Shown: one piece after another, positions 44,849 to 54,156 of the stretch | How the letters are laid out: the number at the start of each line of letters is the position of its first letter | How positions within the stretch are numbered: the first letter of the stretch is position 1 | Assembly (NCBI GenBank): GCA_002713365.1 | Contig: PASR01000002.1 | Span: 3,133-67,132, forward strand | Source of the DNA: Rhodospirillaceae bacterium | GTDB lineage: Bacteria > Pseudomonadota > Alphaproteobacteria > UBA6615 | DNA: 64,000 nucleotides | Direction of reading: 5' to 3' | Translations under genes and position numbers: made by a program | The notes under the pieces: generated by a model | What the model saw: the letters and a program-made list of their open reading frames with translations, nothing else | Databases searched by the model: none | What the model was told of the DNA's origin: nothing

Positions 44849-46171
44849 ATGGTTAGAAAACGTCAACTTCACTTGGGTGCATTTATGAGGCCAGCTACAA
44901 TTCACACAGGTGGTTGGCGTTACCCTAATTCTTATGCAGATGCGAATTTTAATTTTGAACACATTAAAAAATTTGCACAGCGATTAGAAAAAGCAAAATT
45001 TGATGCTTTTTTTATGGCTGATCACTTGGCAGTACTTAATATGCCTCTTGATGCACTTAAAAGAAGTGCGACACCAACTTCTTTTGAGCCTTTTACATTG
45101 CTTTCTGCTTTAGCAAGTGTAACAAAGAATATTGGTTTAGTGGCCACAGGGTCGACTACTTATGATGAGCCATACCATGTTGCACGTCGATTTGCTTCTT
45201 TGGATCATATTAGTGGAGGAAGAGCAGGATGGAATATTGTTACGACCTCAAACCCAAATGCTTCATTAAATTTTGGTCTTGAAGAGGCTCTTGAGCACGG
45301 AGACCGCTATGCTCGCGCTAGAGAGTTTTACGATGTGGTTACCGGTTTGTGGGATAGTTGGGATGAAGAAGCATTTATAAAAAACAAAGAAACCGGAGAA
45401 TATTTTGATCCCAAAAAATTAAATATACTAGATCATAAAGGTAAATACTTCTCGGTTCGTGGGCCTTTAAATATTGCACGTCCTGTGCAGGGTTGGCCTC
45501 TAATTGTTCAGGCTGGTTCATCTGATGCTGGTCGTCAACTCGCTGCCGAAACTGCTGAAGCGGTATTCACGTCGCACTCTGATTTAATCGCCGCTCGCGC
45601 ATTTTACTTAGATGTTAAGACAAGAGCCAAGTAGTTTGGTCGTAATCCGGACGAGATAAAAATACTTCCGGCTTGTTTTGTTGTGATTGGTGACACAATT
45701 GAAGAAGCAAAAATGAAAAGAGCTAAACTAGATAGTTTAGTTCACGTTGATAGTGCTATAGCATCATTATCTATTGCCATTGGAAGTGATGCTTCAAGGT
45801 TTGAACTGGACAAACCACTTCCAGAAATACCAGAAAGTAATGCTAGTAAAAGCGGTCGTAGTAGGGCTATTGCATTAGCTAAGAAAGAAAACTTAACTGT
45901 ACGTCAGTTAGCTCAAAGATTAGGTGGTTATTCGGGGGCAGCAATGGTCGGCACACCAAATTCTATAGTTGATGAGATGCAGGAGTGGTTTGAATCAAAG
46001 GGCAGTGATGGGTTTACAATTATGTTTTCGCATTTGCCGAGTGGATTAGAGGATTTTTGTGATTTAGTCGTTCCCGAACTGCAGCGTCGAGGACTTTTCC
46101 GCAGTAAATATTTAGGAAAAACTCTGAGAGAGAATCTTGGTTTACCGAGACCAAGTAATAAATATTTTTAG
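44849..46171 (+). pseudogene. NtaA/SnaA/DszA-family LLM flavin monooxygenase interrupted by one in-frame TAG (45632-45634)
   Basis: The two track ORFs (44849..45634 and 45683..46171) are in the same frame. The codons between them read FGRNPDEIKILPACFVV, which continues the family alignment (...RAK*FGRNPDEIKILP...). Total length is 441 codons, normal for this family. Confidence 0.8.
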
Positions 46172-46338
46172 TTTTAAATACACAAATCATAAATGCTTAT
46201 GGTTATATATTAAGCATTAATGTCAGATTATTTTTAGTGTAATTTTATTAATGTAGTTTTATTTAAGATAATAAGTTTAAATTAATGAATTATAGATTCA
46301 ATAAAATAGTTAGAACAAAATAATAGAGGTAGCAATTA

Positions 46339-48660
46339 ATGAGTGAAAAATCGCAAGTTGGTTCTTTTCAGATTGAAGAGGCAACGATAGACGAAATGCA
46401 TGAGGCGATTAAATCGGGTCAAATAAATTGTGTTGAAATAGTTAAGGCATATATAGCAAGAGCTAAGGCATATAATGGTGTTGCCAGTATGCTAGTAACG
46501 GAAAAAGGGGAACCTGTAACTGAATCACAGGGAGCAATAAGAGCCGAGAAAACACTTAATTTTCCTACTCAAACTGTCGCAGCAAGCGATTTATTACCTG
46601 ACCTGGATAAATATAAAGGTCCTCCTTTAGAGTTTGGTAGAATGGAACCAACAGCATCAGACCCTGAAGTGGATCAACAATTTGGTATGATTGTTGGGAT
46701 GTCAGATGCAGGCCAAGTTAATGCATTAGCTACACTAAACATTAGGGGAGAGCGTTCGGTTACATGTCGTGGTGATTATGATTTGCACCCTTCTAAAGGA
46801 CCGTTACCGGTTGGTGCTCCGCCTGTTTGTGAAATGTTTCGTCAATTACCTGATGCTTTAGAGCGTGCCGCCGAACTCGACAAAGAATATGGAAATGATC
46901 CAGATCTAGAAAAAATGCCAATGTATGGTGTTACATTCTCATTCAAAGATCCTTTTGATACAAAGGATATGCGTTCTACCGGCGGAGGCGATGCAGCGTA
47001 TGATATAGATTTTCCTGCTCGTGACCACATACTAGTAGAGCAGCTAAGAGATAAAGGGGCTATCATTTATGCCAAAGCCGTAAATACTGAATATAATGGC
47101 AGAGCTGGTGATCCTGGGAATGGTACTCACATACCAGATAAGGTTTTACCTTCTACACTTGGTTATCAGCGGAGTACATGGGGAGGAAACCCCTCAAACT
47201 CATACGATACTACCCGTGCAGCATCTCTGGGATCTAGTTCGGGTTCAGCTGTATCTGTAAGTTGTAATCTCGTTATGGCCAGTTTAGGTGAAGAGACAAG
47301 GGCTTCTTGCCGTGGTCCATCCAATCATAATTCGGTTGCATTAATATTACCTCATAAGTCTATGTTAGGGTTTGATGGCGGTGCAATTGGTGCCGATATA
47401 TATTGTGATCGTAGCGGTATTCACTGTCGAAAAATATCAGATTGTGCTAAGATTCTAGATGCACTCAAAGATGCAGATGAGGGATACTATGACCCAAGAG
47501 ATCCCTTTACAACCATACCTAGGTCCTCAGTTTTAAATTCGACTTATGCAGAGCATGCTAGAATGCATGGAAAACCAGGTGCTCTTAAAAACATGAGAAT
47601 TGGTATCATACGTGAGTCAATGGTCTATCCTAAGGGCTCTAAAACAGAAGAGCCTATAATTAATGCCGTTAAAGAAGAAATAAAGACAGTGATAGGAGAG
47701 CATTTAGGAGCGACGTTGGTAGAGTCAACTGACCCTCTATGGGAAGCTGATCCAGATGTAGAGACTATGGAAACTGACTTTAGGCGTGCCTTAGCGCGTC
47801 TGGTTCCTGTATTTATGCCAGATTTACTTTTTCGTCTAGGAGCTGATGATCAACCAATATTTAAAGACTTTGCATCGTCAATTGTATCCACTGAATTTAT
47901 GCCTGGTAAGTTTTTTGGTACGGGTAAAATGAAGCCCATAGATTATATGATTAAAATGTCAGAAGGTATTATATCACCTCCAGAAAACCTGGATATAGGT
48001 ACAATTCAACAGCAAGAAATGGCAATGGCCTTCCGATTTCATATACCCCAATACTTGACTCGTCGTGCTGCTGATTGGAAAGCACTTGGTTTTACAGAAT
48101 CATTAGTAGATTTTAACGAGCTTAATAAACGGTCTAAATTTTGGGGCGATGATCAAAGAGCTTCATTCAAAAACTGGGAAGAGGTAGATGATCCTCGTAA
48201 CCCGCACGGTTCACGTCAAGGAGTTAATGAGAGAATAATGTTACGTGAGTTACTCCGTCGTGTTGATATGATGGTAATTCTTGAGAATCATCTTGATTGT
48301 CTTGTTCGGCTTCACACGCCTTGGCCACCAGGAATTATTGGAGGTCCAGCTCAATATGATATTATGCATAACCTTAGGCCGGAAACATTTAACGGACCAA
48401 ATGCTGGTTTAACAGAAGTATTAATACCAGCAGGTTATGTTAAAACTGCTTTTGACCCAGTATTTAAACTAAGCGATGATGCAAAAAGTTATGTATCTGC
48501 TGCGACTGATGTAGCCACTGAAGCTATTGAACCAGGATTGCCGTTCTCATTAGTCTTTAGAGCTGAACCTGGTAAAGAAGATACATTGTTGCGGGTTGCG
48601 TCTTCCTATGAAGAGGCCTCTAAACGTCGAGTATCTCCGCCATCATTTGGACCTTTATAA
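46339..48660 (+). CDS. Amidase-signature family protein, unusually long (773 aa)
   Basis: VTFSFKDPFDTKDMRSTGGG contains the catalytic Lys region and SLGSSSGSAVSVS is a Ser-rich amidase-signature motif. A large C-terminal region has no motif I recognise. Confidence 0.8.
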   Translation: MSEKSQVGSFQIEEATIDEMHEAIKSGQINCVEIVKAYIARAKAYNGVASMLVTEKGEPVTESQGAIRAEKTLNFPTQTVAASDLLPDLDKYKGPPLEFGRMEPTASDPEVDQQFGMIVGMSDAGQVNALATLNIRGERSVTCRGDYDLHPSKGPLPVGAPPVCEMFRQLPDALERAAELDKEYGNDPDLEKMPMYGVTFSFKDPFDTKDMRSTGGGDAAYDIDFPARDHILVEQLRDKGAIIYAKAVNTEYNGRAGDPGNGTHIPDKVLPSTLGYQRSTWGGNPSNSYDTTRAASLGSSSGSAVSVSCNLVMASLGEETRASCRGPSNHNSVALILPHKSMLGFDGGAIGADIYCDRSGIHCRKISDCAKILDALKDADEGYYDPRDPFTTIPRSSVLNSTYAEHARMHGKPGALKNMRIGIIRESMVYPKGSKTEEPIINAVKEEIKTVIGEHLGATLVESTDPLWEADPDVETMETDFRRALARLVPVFMPDLLFRLGADDQPIFKDFASSIVSTEFMPGKFFGTGKMKPIDYMIKMSEGIISPPENLDIGTIQQQEMAMAFRFHIPQYLTRRAADWKALGFTESLVDFNELNKRSKFWGDDQRASFKNWEEVDDPRNPHGSRQGVNERIMLRELLRRVDMMVILENHLDCLVRLHTPWPPGIIGGPAQYDIMHNLRPETFNGPNAGLTEVLIPAGYVKTAFDPVFKLSDDAKSYVSAATDVATEAIEPGLPFSLVFRAEPGKEDTLLRVASSYEEASKRRVSPPSFGPL

Positions 48661-48720
48661 ATAAAACTATGTATAAATATTACGCTAATAAATGAAAAAA
48701 AGTAATTTTGGAAGGTTAAT

Positions 48721-49548
48721 ATGCCAATTGTTGTTAGAGGATCAGAAATAGAATGTATCGAGATCGAGAAAGGAGTGACTACCCAGTCATTGCTATCTCC
48801 TAAAAACACAGGTTCGGATCATGTGCTTTTAAATCTGATAGAATTTACTAAGGGGTCGATATACAAATTATCACTAGATGAAGGTTCGTTTGGTTGGTTG
48901 CAAATCCTTGATGGTTCGGGGGTATTAACAAACTATGAAGTAGAATTGGAACCGCATGGCGTAACTTATATGCCTGTAGGTTATGAAGGAGAATTTAGGG
49001 CTGTCGAGGACTGTACTAGATTATTAGTTGCCATCGTACCTAATGCTCGACGTTTTGATAGTCAAATAAATAATACCCCCAGCATATTACAAACTACTGA
49101 TTGGTCTAATGAACCAGTTTTAAAATCTGAACATGATGAACGAACACGTATATATATGGCTACGCGTACATTGACAGGTACTGAGGCATATCGCGGAGAG
49201 ATGATTAGGTATCCCGAAGGTACCGAGGCTCCCGAACACCATCATGAAGGCGCAGAACATTTCCAATACGTACTTAAAGGGTCTGGTACAGCCTTATTAG
49301 CAGGAGCACCATGTGATTTATCCGCCGGGGATGTTCTCTATAATTTTGATAAAGAATCTCATTCATTTTACAATAATGGTTCCGAGGAATTTATTTTTGT
49401 AGAGTTTTTCGTGCCCGGAAGTTGTAAAACGGTATGGGCTCCTGGAGCGAATGTTTGTGCTTGGCTACCTACTAACGTAGATATTATGGGAAGACCACCT
49501 TCTAGGGACATTGCATATCATGTGCACGGAGAAGATAAAGGTATCTAA
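48721..49548 (+). CDS. Bicupin protein
   Basis: 275 aa with two cupin-like halves; the second carries PEHHHEGAEHFQYVLKGSG...GDVLYNFDKESHSF. SD GGAAGG precedes the ATG. Confidence 0.6.
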   Translation: MPIVVRGSEIECIEIEKGVTTQSLLSPKNTGSDHVLLNLIEFTKGSIYKLSLDEGSFGWLQILDGSGVLTNYEVELEPHGVTYMPVGYEGEFRAVEDCTRLLVAIVPNARRFDSQINNTPSILQTTDWSNEPVLKSEHDERTRIYMATRTLTGTEAYRGEMIRYPEGTEAPEHHHEGAEHFQYVLKGSGTALLAGAPCDLSAGDVLYNFDKESHSFYNNGSEEFIFVEFFVPGSCKTVWAPGANVCAWLPTNVDIMGRPPSRDIAYHVHGEDKGI

Positions 49549-49576
49549 AGCTCTAGATAAATATATGAAATAGATT

Positions 49577-50908
49577 TTATGAATTGATTAATTTTTCTTC
49601 TAGTTGGCATGAAACTCTACCAAAATTTATGTCATCACCAGGAAACCCAGCAAGCATGAACCCTATAGGCATGCCTGATTGATCTTTTCCGCCAGGTAGT
49701 GAAATAATCGGACCACCTAAAGCTGTCCAGGGAGCAATAAACCTTGGATCACCTGTCCATTTAAGTCCTTCTGGTGCAGTATCAGGCGTCGTTGGAATAA
49801 GAAAAATATCTGTTGTATTGAAGTTTGAAAAAAACAATTCTCGAGTTTTTTCCATTTGGTTGCGTGCTAATAGATAATCATTTTCTGTAAAATTACCACC
49901 ACGACTTATAGCCTCGCGAAGCTTTTCGCTAACTTCTTCAACGTCAAATTCTAATAAATTAGCATGAATACGTGATAGCTCAAATTCTACCATAAGCATT
50001 TGTGTTTGGCTTAATGTCTCTAATGAGATAGGGGACTTAAGATAACTCACATTATATCCAGAAGAACTTAGTTTTTCTGCAATGATGTCACGAGCTGATA
50101 AAATTTCGGGGTTAGTTTGGTCAAAAAAATTATCTTCTAAAATTACTAAGCGAACTGATTGCTCGTTTTTATGAGAATCTTTTTTAATGGTAATTTTCTG
50201 AGTTGCTTCAAATAGAGCAACTGCATCAGCCACCGACCAGCCATAAAACCCAACGGTATCAAACATAGGAGATAATGGAGTGACGCCATAGTTTGCCCCT
50301 ACTCCAATGCTTGGTTTAAATGCGCCTATGCCGCAATAAGCTGCGGGTCTATTTACTGAAGCAATGGTTTGAGTTCCAATTGAACCAGGTACTGTTCATG
50401 AAGCAACTGCTGCTGCTGGCCCACTGCTAGACCCCCCAGGTGTGTGCTTAATATTATGCGGGTTACAAGCAGGTGAGGGATTAAAATAGGCAAATTCAGT
50501 AGTATGACATTTTCCTATAATAATTGCCCCTTTAGATTTTAGAATAGATACTATTTCAGCATCTGCGTTTGCAGGGGCTATGTTACTTCGAGTGGGGCTA
50601 TTACATTTTGTTGGCCACCCTGCCACATCTATAATATCCTTTATTCCTATTGGAATACCATGCAAAGGACCCCGAATTATACCTTTCGAAGCTTCTTTTT
50701 TAAGGCACTCCGCAGTCTCTAATGCTCCTTGAGCATCTACTGATACCCAAGCATTTACTGATGAATCAGCAATTGAAATTCTCTTAATATAGTTTTCAAC
50801 TAGTTGTACTGGACAAGCCTCTATATTTCGAATTTGATTGGCAAGCTTAGAGATGCTTCCGGGATTTTTAACAAAATTATATTCTTTTTTAATATGATTT
50901 TGAATCAT
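49577..50908 (-). pseudogene. Amidase (GatA-like amidase-signature enzyme) interrupted by one in-frame TGA (50396-50398)
   Basis: The track ORFs 50396..50908 and 49577..50266 share a frame. The 43 codons between them read TVPGSIGTQTIASVNRPAAYCGIGAFKPS, the expected continuation of the signature GGSSSGPAAAVAS-[G]-... Total length is 444 codons. Confidence 0.8.
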
Positions 50909-51165
50909 TTATATCTCTTTATGTAACCATTTTTAAAGTAAGTAGAGCATGCGGATATACCTTCATGCTAGAGTATTTATAAGTGTAAAAGAATATAGAG
51001 AAAGATTTAATTATCTATATTCATATGAACAGTTAATTTAATGAAAAATGTAGACTTATTATCATAAATACGTCTTACGACACCTGATGGGTTATTAAAT
51101 GGGTGTTCTTAATATTAAATAATTAGCATAATATTAGAATATATTATTTATTTGAGGAATTTTTA

Positions 51166-52215
51166 TTATTTTTTAAAAATAAAAGCCCGATCGTGATCAA
51201 TTTCTAAATTTATTGGCTTACCTTCTTCTAATAAAACTCTTCCTAGTTCCCTAGTTATAATATGTGTGTGGGGTTCAGGCCAATTTCCAATCCCTATGCG
51301 AACTAAACTAGAGTCTCCTGAATATCTAACGTCACAGACTCTTAGATTACCACTGAAAGAAGAATTTTCTATTTCTGGAGAAATTCTTATGCCATCTTGC
51401 CGTATTAAAACGTCAACTTTAGAACCAGTTGGAAAGTTTTTATTTGAGAAGGTTCCAATGTCTGTAGATATATTAGCACCTTTAACTTCTCCATCCACCT
51501 TATTAATATTTCCAAAAAACTCTGCAGAAAAAATATTAGTAGGTCGCTCATATATATCACCAGGTGTACCACTTTGAACAATATTTCCTTCATTCATTAG
51601 AACAATTTGGTCAGCAATCAGCATTGCTTCTTCGGGATCATGCGTTACTAAAACGGTTGTTACGCCGCGCTCTTTTAGTATCTGTAGAGTTTCTTCACGG
51701 ATTTTTTCTCTTAAAGAAGTATCCAGTCCTGAGAAGGGTTCATCCATTAAAAGCAGGCGTGGTTCAGGAGCTAGAGCTCTGGCTAATGCAACTCTTTGTT
51801 GTTCTCCACCAGATAACATATGTGGGTATTTGTCAGAATGATCTTCTAGCCGAATTTGCGTTAGCATTTCTGTCGTTCTTATTTGAGCCTCAGTTTTACG
51901 TAAATGCTTAAGGCCATAAGCAATGTTATTCCTTACAGTAAGATGAGGGAAAAGGGCAAAATCTTGAAAAAGAAAGCCTATATCACGTTTATATGGAGGA
52001 ATAACAAATGAGTTTGTGGACACATTAGTTCCGTTAATCGATACCGTTCCTGAATCAGGCGCTTCTAGACCTGCTATCAAACGTAAGGTGGTTGTTTTCC
52101 CGCAACCTGAAGGACCGAGCAAGCACAATAGTTCTCCTTCTGTAACATCAAAGGATATATTTCGAATAATTTTAGTTTCTTCGAGTGCTAGATTTATATT
52201 TTCTAGTTTTAACAT
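51166..52215 (-). CDS. fbpC: Fe(III)/polyamine-type ABC transporter ATP-binding protein
   Basis: Walker A GPSGCGKTT, signature LSGGEQQRV, Walker B LLLMDEPFSGLD, and a C-terminal TOBE-like domain. It is divergent from the fbpAB-containing operon across a Fur box. Confidence 0.85.
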   Translation of the reverse strand: MLKLENINLALEETKIIRNISFDVTEGELLCLLGPSGCGKTTTLRLIAGLEAPDSGTVSINGTNVSTNSFVIPPYKRDIGFLFQDFALFPHLTVRNNIAYGLKHLRKTEAQIRTTEMLTQIRLEDHSDKYPHMLSGGEQQRVALARALAPEPRLLLMDEPFSGLDTSLREKIREETLQILKERGVTTVLVTHDPEEAMLIADQIVLMNEGNIVQSGTPGDIYERPTNIFSAEFFGNINKVDGEVKGANISTDIGTFSNKNFPTGSKVDVLIRQDGIRISPEIENSSFSGNLRVCDVRYSGDSSLVRIGIGNWPEPHTHIITRELGRVLLEEGKPINLEIDHDRAFIFKK

Positions 52216-52500
52216 ATTTGATTCTATAGGGTCCGTAACTGATAAATATTTTTAGAAAACAGTGAGTAATAGTCAGTTCTATAAGTTCATTTTGATTTAG
52301 ATATTACCGATTAAATACTAGTGTTTGTAATTAAAAATCATTCTCATATATTTTATGTTCAATTACAATGCTAAATGGTCAAAATAAATTATACATTTGT
52401 ATTTAAATTGTTTACTTATTAATATCTATTAAGTCACTGAAATATAACAAATAAAAAATAAAATAAGTTGTACATTAAATAATCTCTTGCCCCATTTATC

Positions 52501-52519
52501 AATAATGATAATCATTATC
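52501..52519. promoter_or_regulatory. Fur box
   Basis: AATAATGATAATCATTATC matches the 19-bp Fur consensus GATAATGATAATCATTATC at 18 of 19 positions. It directly abuts a TTGACG (52521-52526) -35-like hexamer and lies 140 nt upstream of the GTG at 52659. Confidence 0.75.
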
Positions 52520-52658
52520 ATTGACGTTGATTACTATTCTCATTAAAAAGTAGTTAATCGAACTAACTGTATTTAACGGATCGAACTATTAAAGAACAAA
52601 TTTTTTTATGATTATTGAAAAAATATTTTGGATATTAAGTATAATTTAGGAGGCAATA

Positions 52659-54083
52659 GTGAGTAAAGGTTGGGTGAATAATTTATTAGCGTCAGGTGCA
52701 TTTATTATAGGGGTGTCTATGCTATCCCTTAATGTGAATGCAGGAGATACTCTTTATGGTGACTTCCCAGTTACATTAAAAGATTATAAGGGATCTAAAT
52801 CTAGTTCTGTTTCTTATACAGGTCAGATAGCGAGACATGTTCTCCATGATTCACTAAAAAAATTAGCGGGTAAAGGAAATGGTAGTGCCAACCCTGAACT
52901 CAAAGCAAAGATGATGAGTTATTATGGTGAGAAGACTCCTAATCGTGAGATAATTGCTCCCAAAACTAAGGGATCGTTTATAGTAAAGCAGACTAATGTC
53001 GATCAGATTAGTAAAAAGAAGAATTTATCGGGTAAAACTTATAAAGGCACTATCTCTGGTATGCCTAATAATATGACAGGGCCTGAATTAATTACATTTT
53101 GGATTGATAAAGCATCTTCAGCTAAAAAGGGTGTTGATAATAGAAATGGATATAACTACCCACAATTAATATCCAAATTTATAATGGGAGCAGTTTTCTA
53201 TAATCAGGCTGTAGATAATTACCTTGATGAGAAGCTTTCGGCTAATAAAAAACCTAATAACAAACCTTATAAAAAAGGTGCTGCTTACACAGGTAAGGAG
53301 CATAGTTGGGATGAAGCGTTTGGCTATTTTGGAATGCCTGCGCATGGACTTTCTTTATCTCCAGGTCAGCTCTATTCTATAGCTAAACAGAAGCCCGAAG
53401 GTTTTGAAGCTGCAGACCACAATGGTGATGGTAAGGTCGATTTATATAAGGAAATGATGTTTGCACCTGCTTACTATGCTGCTGGTTATGATAAATCTAA
53501 GAAAACATCATATGCTAAAAATATTGGGCATGCATTTCTTAATGGCCGTCGTGTGATAACGAATGCTGATGGAGCCGTACTGACTGATGCGCAACGTAAT
53601 AAACTGAGAGATTACGCCGCCATAATTGAATCGAATTGGCAAAAAACTTTGGCTGAATCTGTATTTAAATATGCAGGCTCGGTTTATAAAGACTTGAAAA
53701 AAATAAATGAAACTATGGCCACTGAAAAGGGTTCTGATAAATACGAGAAAAAATATATTAAGCACTGGGGTGAGCTAAAAGGTTTTAGTCTATCATTGCA
53801 GACTGGACGTGTTCAGCTGGGAGAGACCGCCGTTAAACTTAACCGTCTAATCGGTTTTGGACCTGTTTTACCAAACTCTAGCCAGGTAGTTGATATTGAT
53901 AGTAAAGGAAACTACGTAAAAGGTGAGTCATCAGGTATAGAAGAGTACATGGTCCACATGCTTAAAGTACAAAAACTAATGGTCGATAAGTTTGATGTTA
54001 AGGCACGAAAAAATGATCAACTTGCTGGTATGGCTGAAATGCTGAAAAAATTGGGAGATGGTGCTTCAGCTGAAAATGATTAG
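52659..54083 (+). CDS. Exported iron-regulated protein, DUF4856-like (tentative), with EF-hand-like DHNGDGKVD loop
   Basis: 474 aa. GTG start with SD AGGAGG 5 nt upstream, and a signal peptide ending in NVNA-GD. The EHSWDEAFGYFG motif is what I associate with DUF4856 and imelysin-neighbourhood proteins. It is the first gene downstream of the Fur box. Confidence 0.5.
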   Translation: MSKGWVNNLLASGAFIIGVSMLSLNVNAGDTLYGDFPVTLKDYKGSKSSSVSYTGQIARHVLHDSLKKLAGKGNGSANPELKAKMMSYYGEKTPNREIIAPKTKGSFIVKQTNVDQISKKKNLSGKTYKGTISGMPNNMTGPELITFWIDKASSAKKGVDNRNGYNYPQLISKFIMGAVFYNQAVDNYLDEKLSANKKPNNKPYKKGAAYTGKEHSWDEAFGYFGMPAHGLSLSPGQLYSIAKQKPEGFEAADHNGDGKVDLYKEMMFAPAYYAAGYDKSKKTSYAKNIGHAFLNGRRVITNADGAVLTDAQRNKLRDYAAIIESNWQKTLAESVFKYAGSVYKDLKKINETMATEKGSDKYEKKYIKHWGELKGFSLSLQTGRVQLGETAVKLNRLIGFGPVLPNSSQVVDIDSKGNYVKGESSGIEEYMVHMLKVQKLMVDKFDVKARKNDQLAGMAEMLKKLGDGASAEND

Positions 54084-54089
54084 AAAAAT

Positions 54090-54131
54090 AAAGTATTTGG
54101 TCATCCATAGAATTGGGTGGCCAAATACTTT
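54090..54131 (+). terminator. Long imperfect hairpin after the first gene of the iron operon (attenuator/terminator-like)
   Basis: AAAGTATTTGG (54090-54100) pairs perfectly with CCAAATACTTT (54121-54131), and the inner arms TCATCCA/TGGGTGG pair partially. It is followed by TATGTT. Confidence 0.4.
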
Positions 54132-54156
54132 ATGTTAAGATTGAGTTCCACTTATT

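Noticed and set aside
50340-50398. Selenocysteine decoding of the TGA inside the amidase gene.
   Set aside because: The aligned position is the invariant structural Gly of the amidase signature, not a redox Cys. Only a weak 4-bp hairpin (GUUC/GAAC) follows the TGA. A nonsense mutation or a sequencing error is more parsimonious.
52608-52649. A 13-codon mini-ORF (MIIEKIFWILSII) just upstream of the iron-operon SD, considered as a possible leader peptide.
   Set aside because: It has no SD of its own and an AT-rich, chance-level composition. Its stop merely overlaps the downstream SD, and nothing indicates an attenuation structure.
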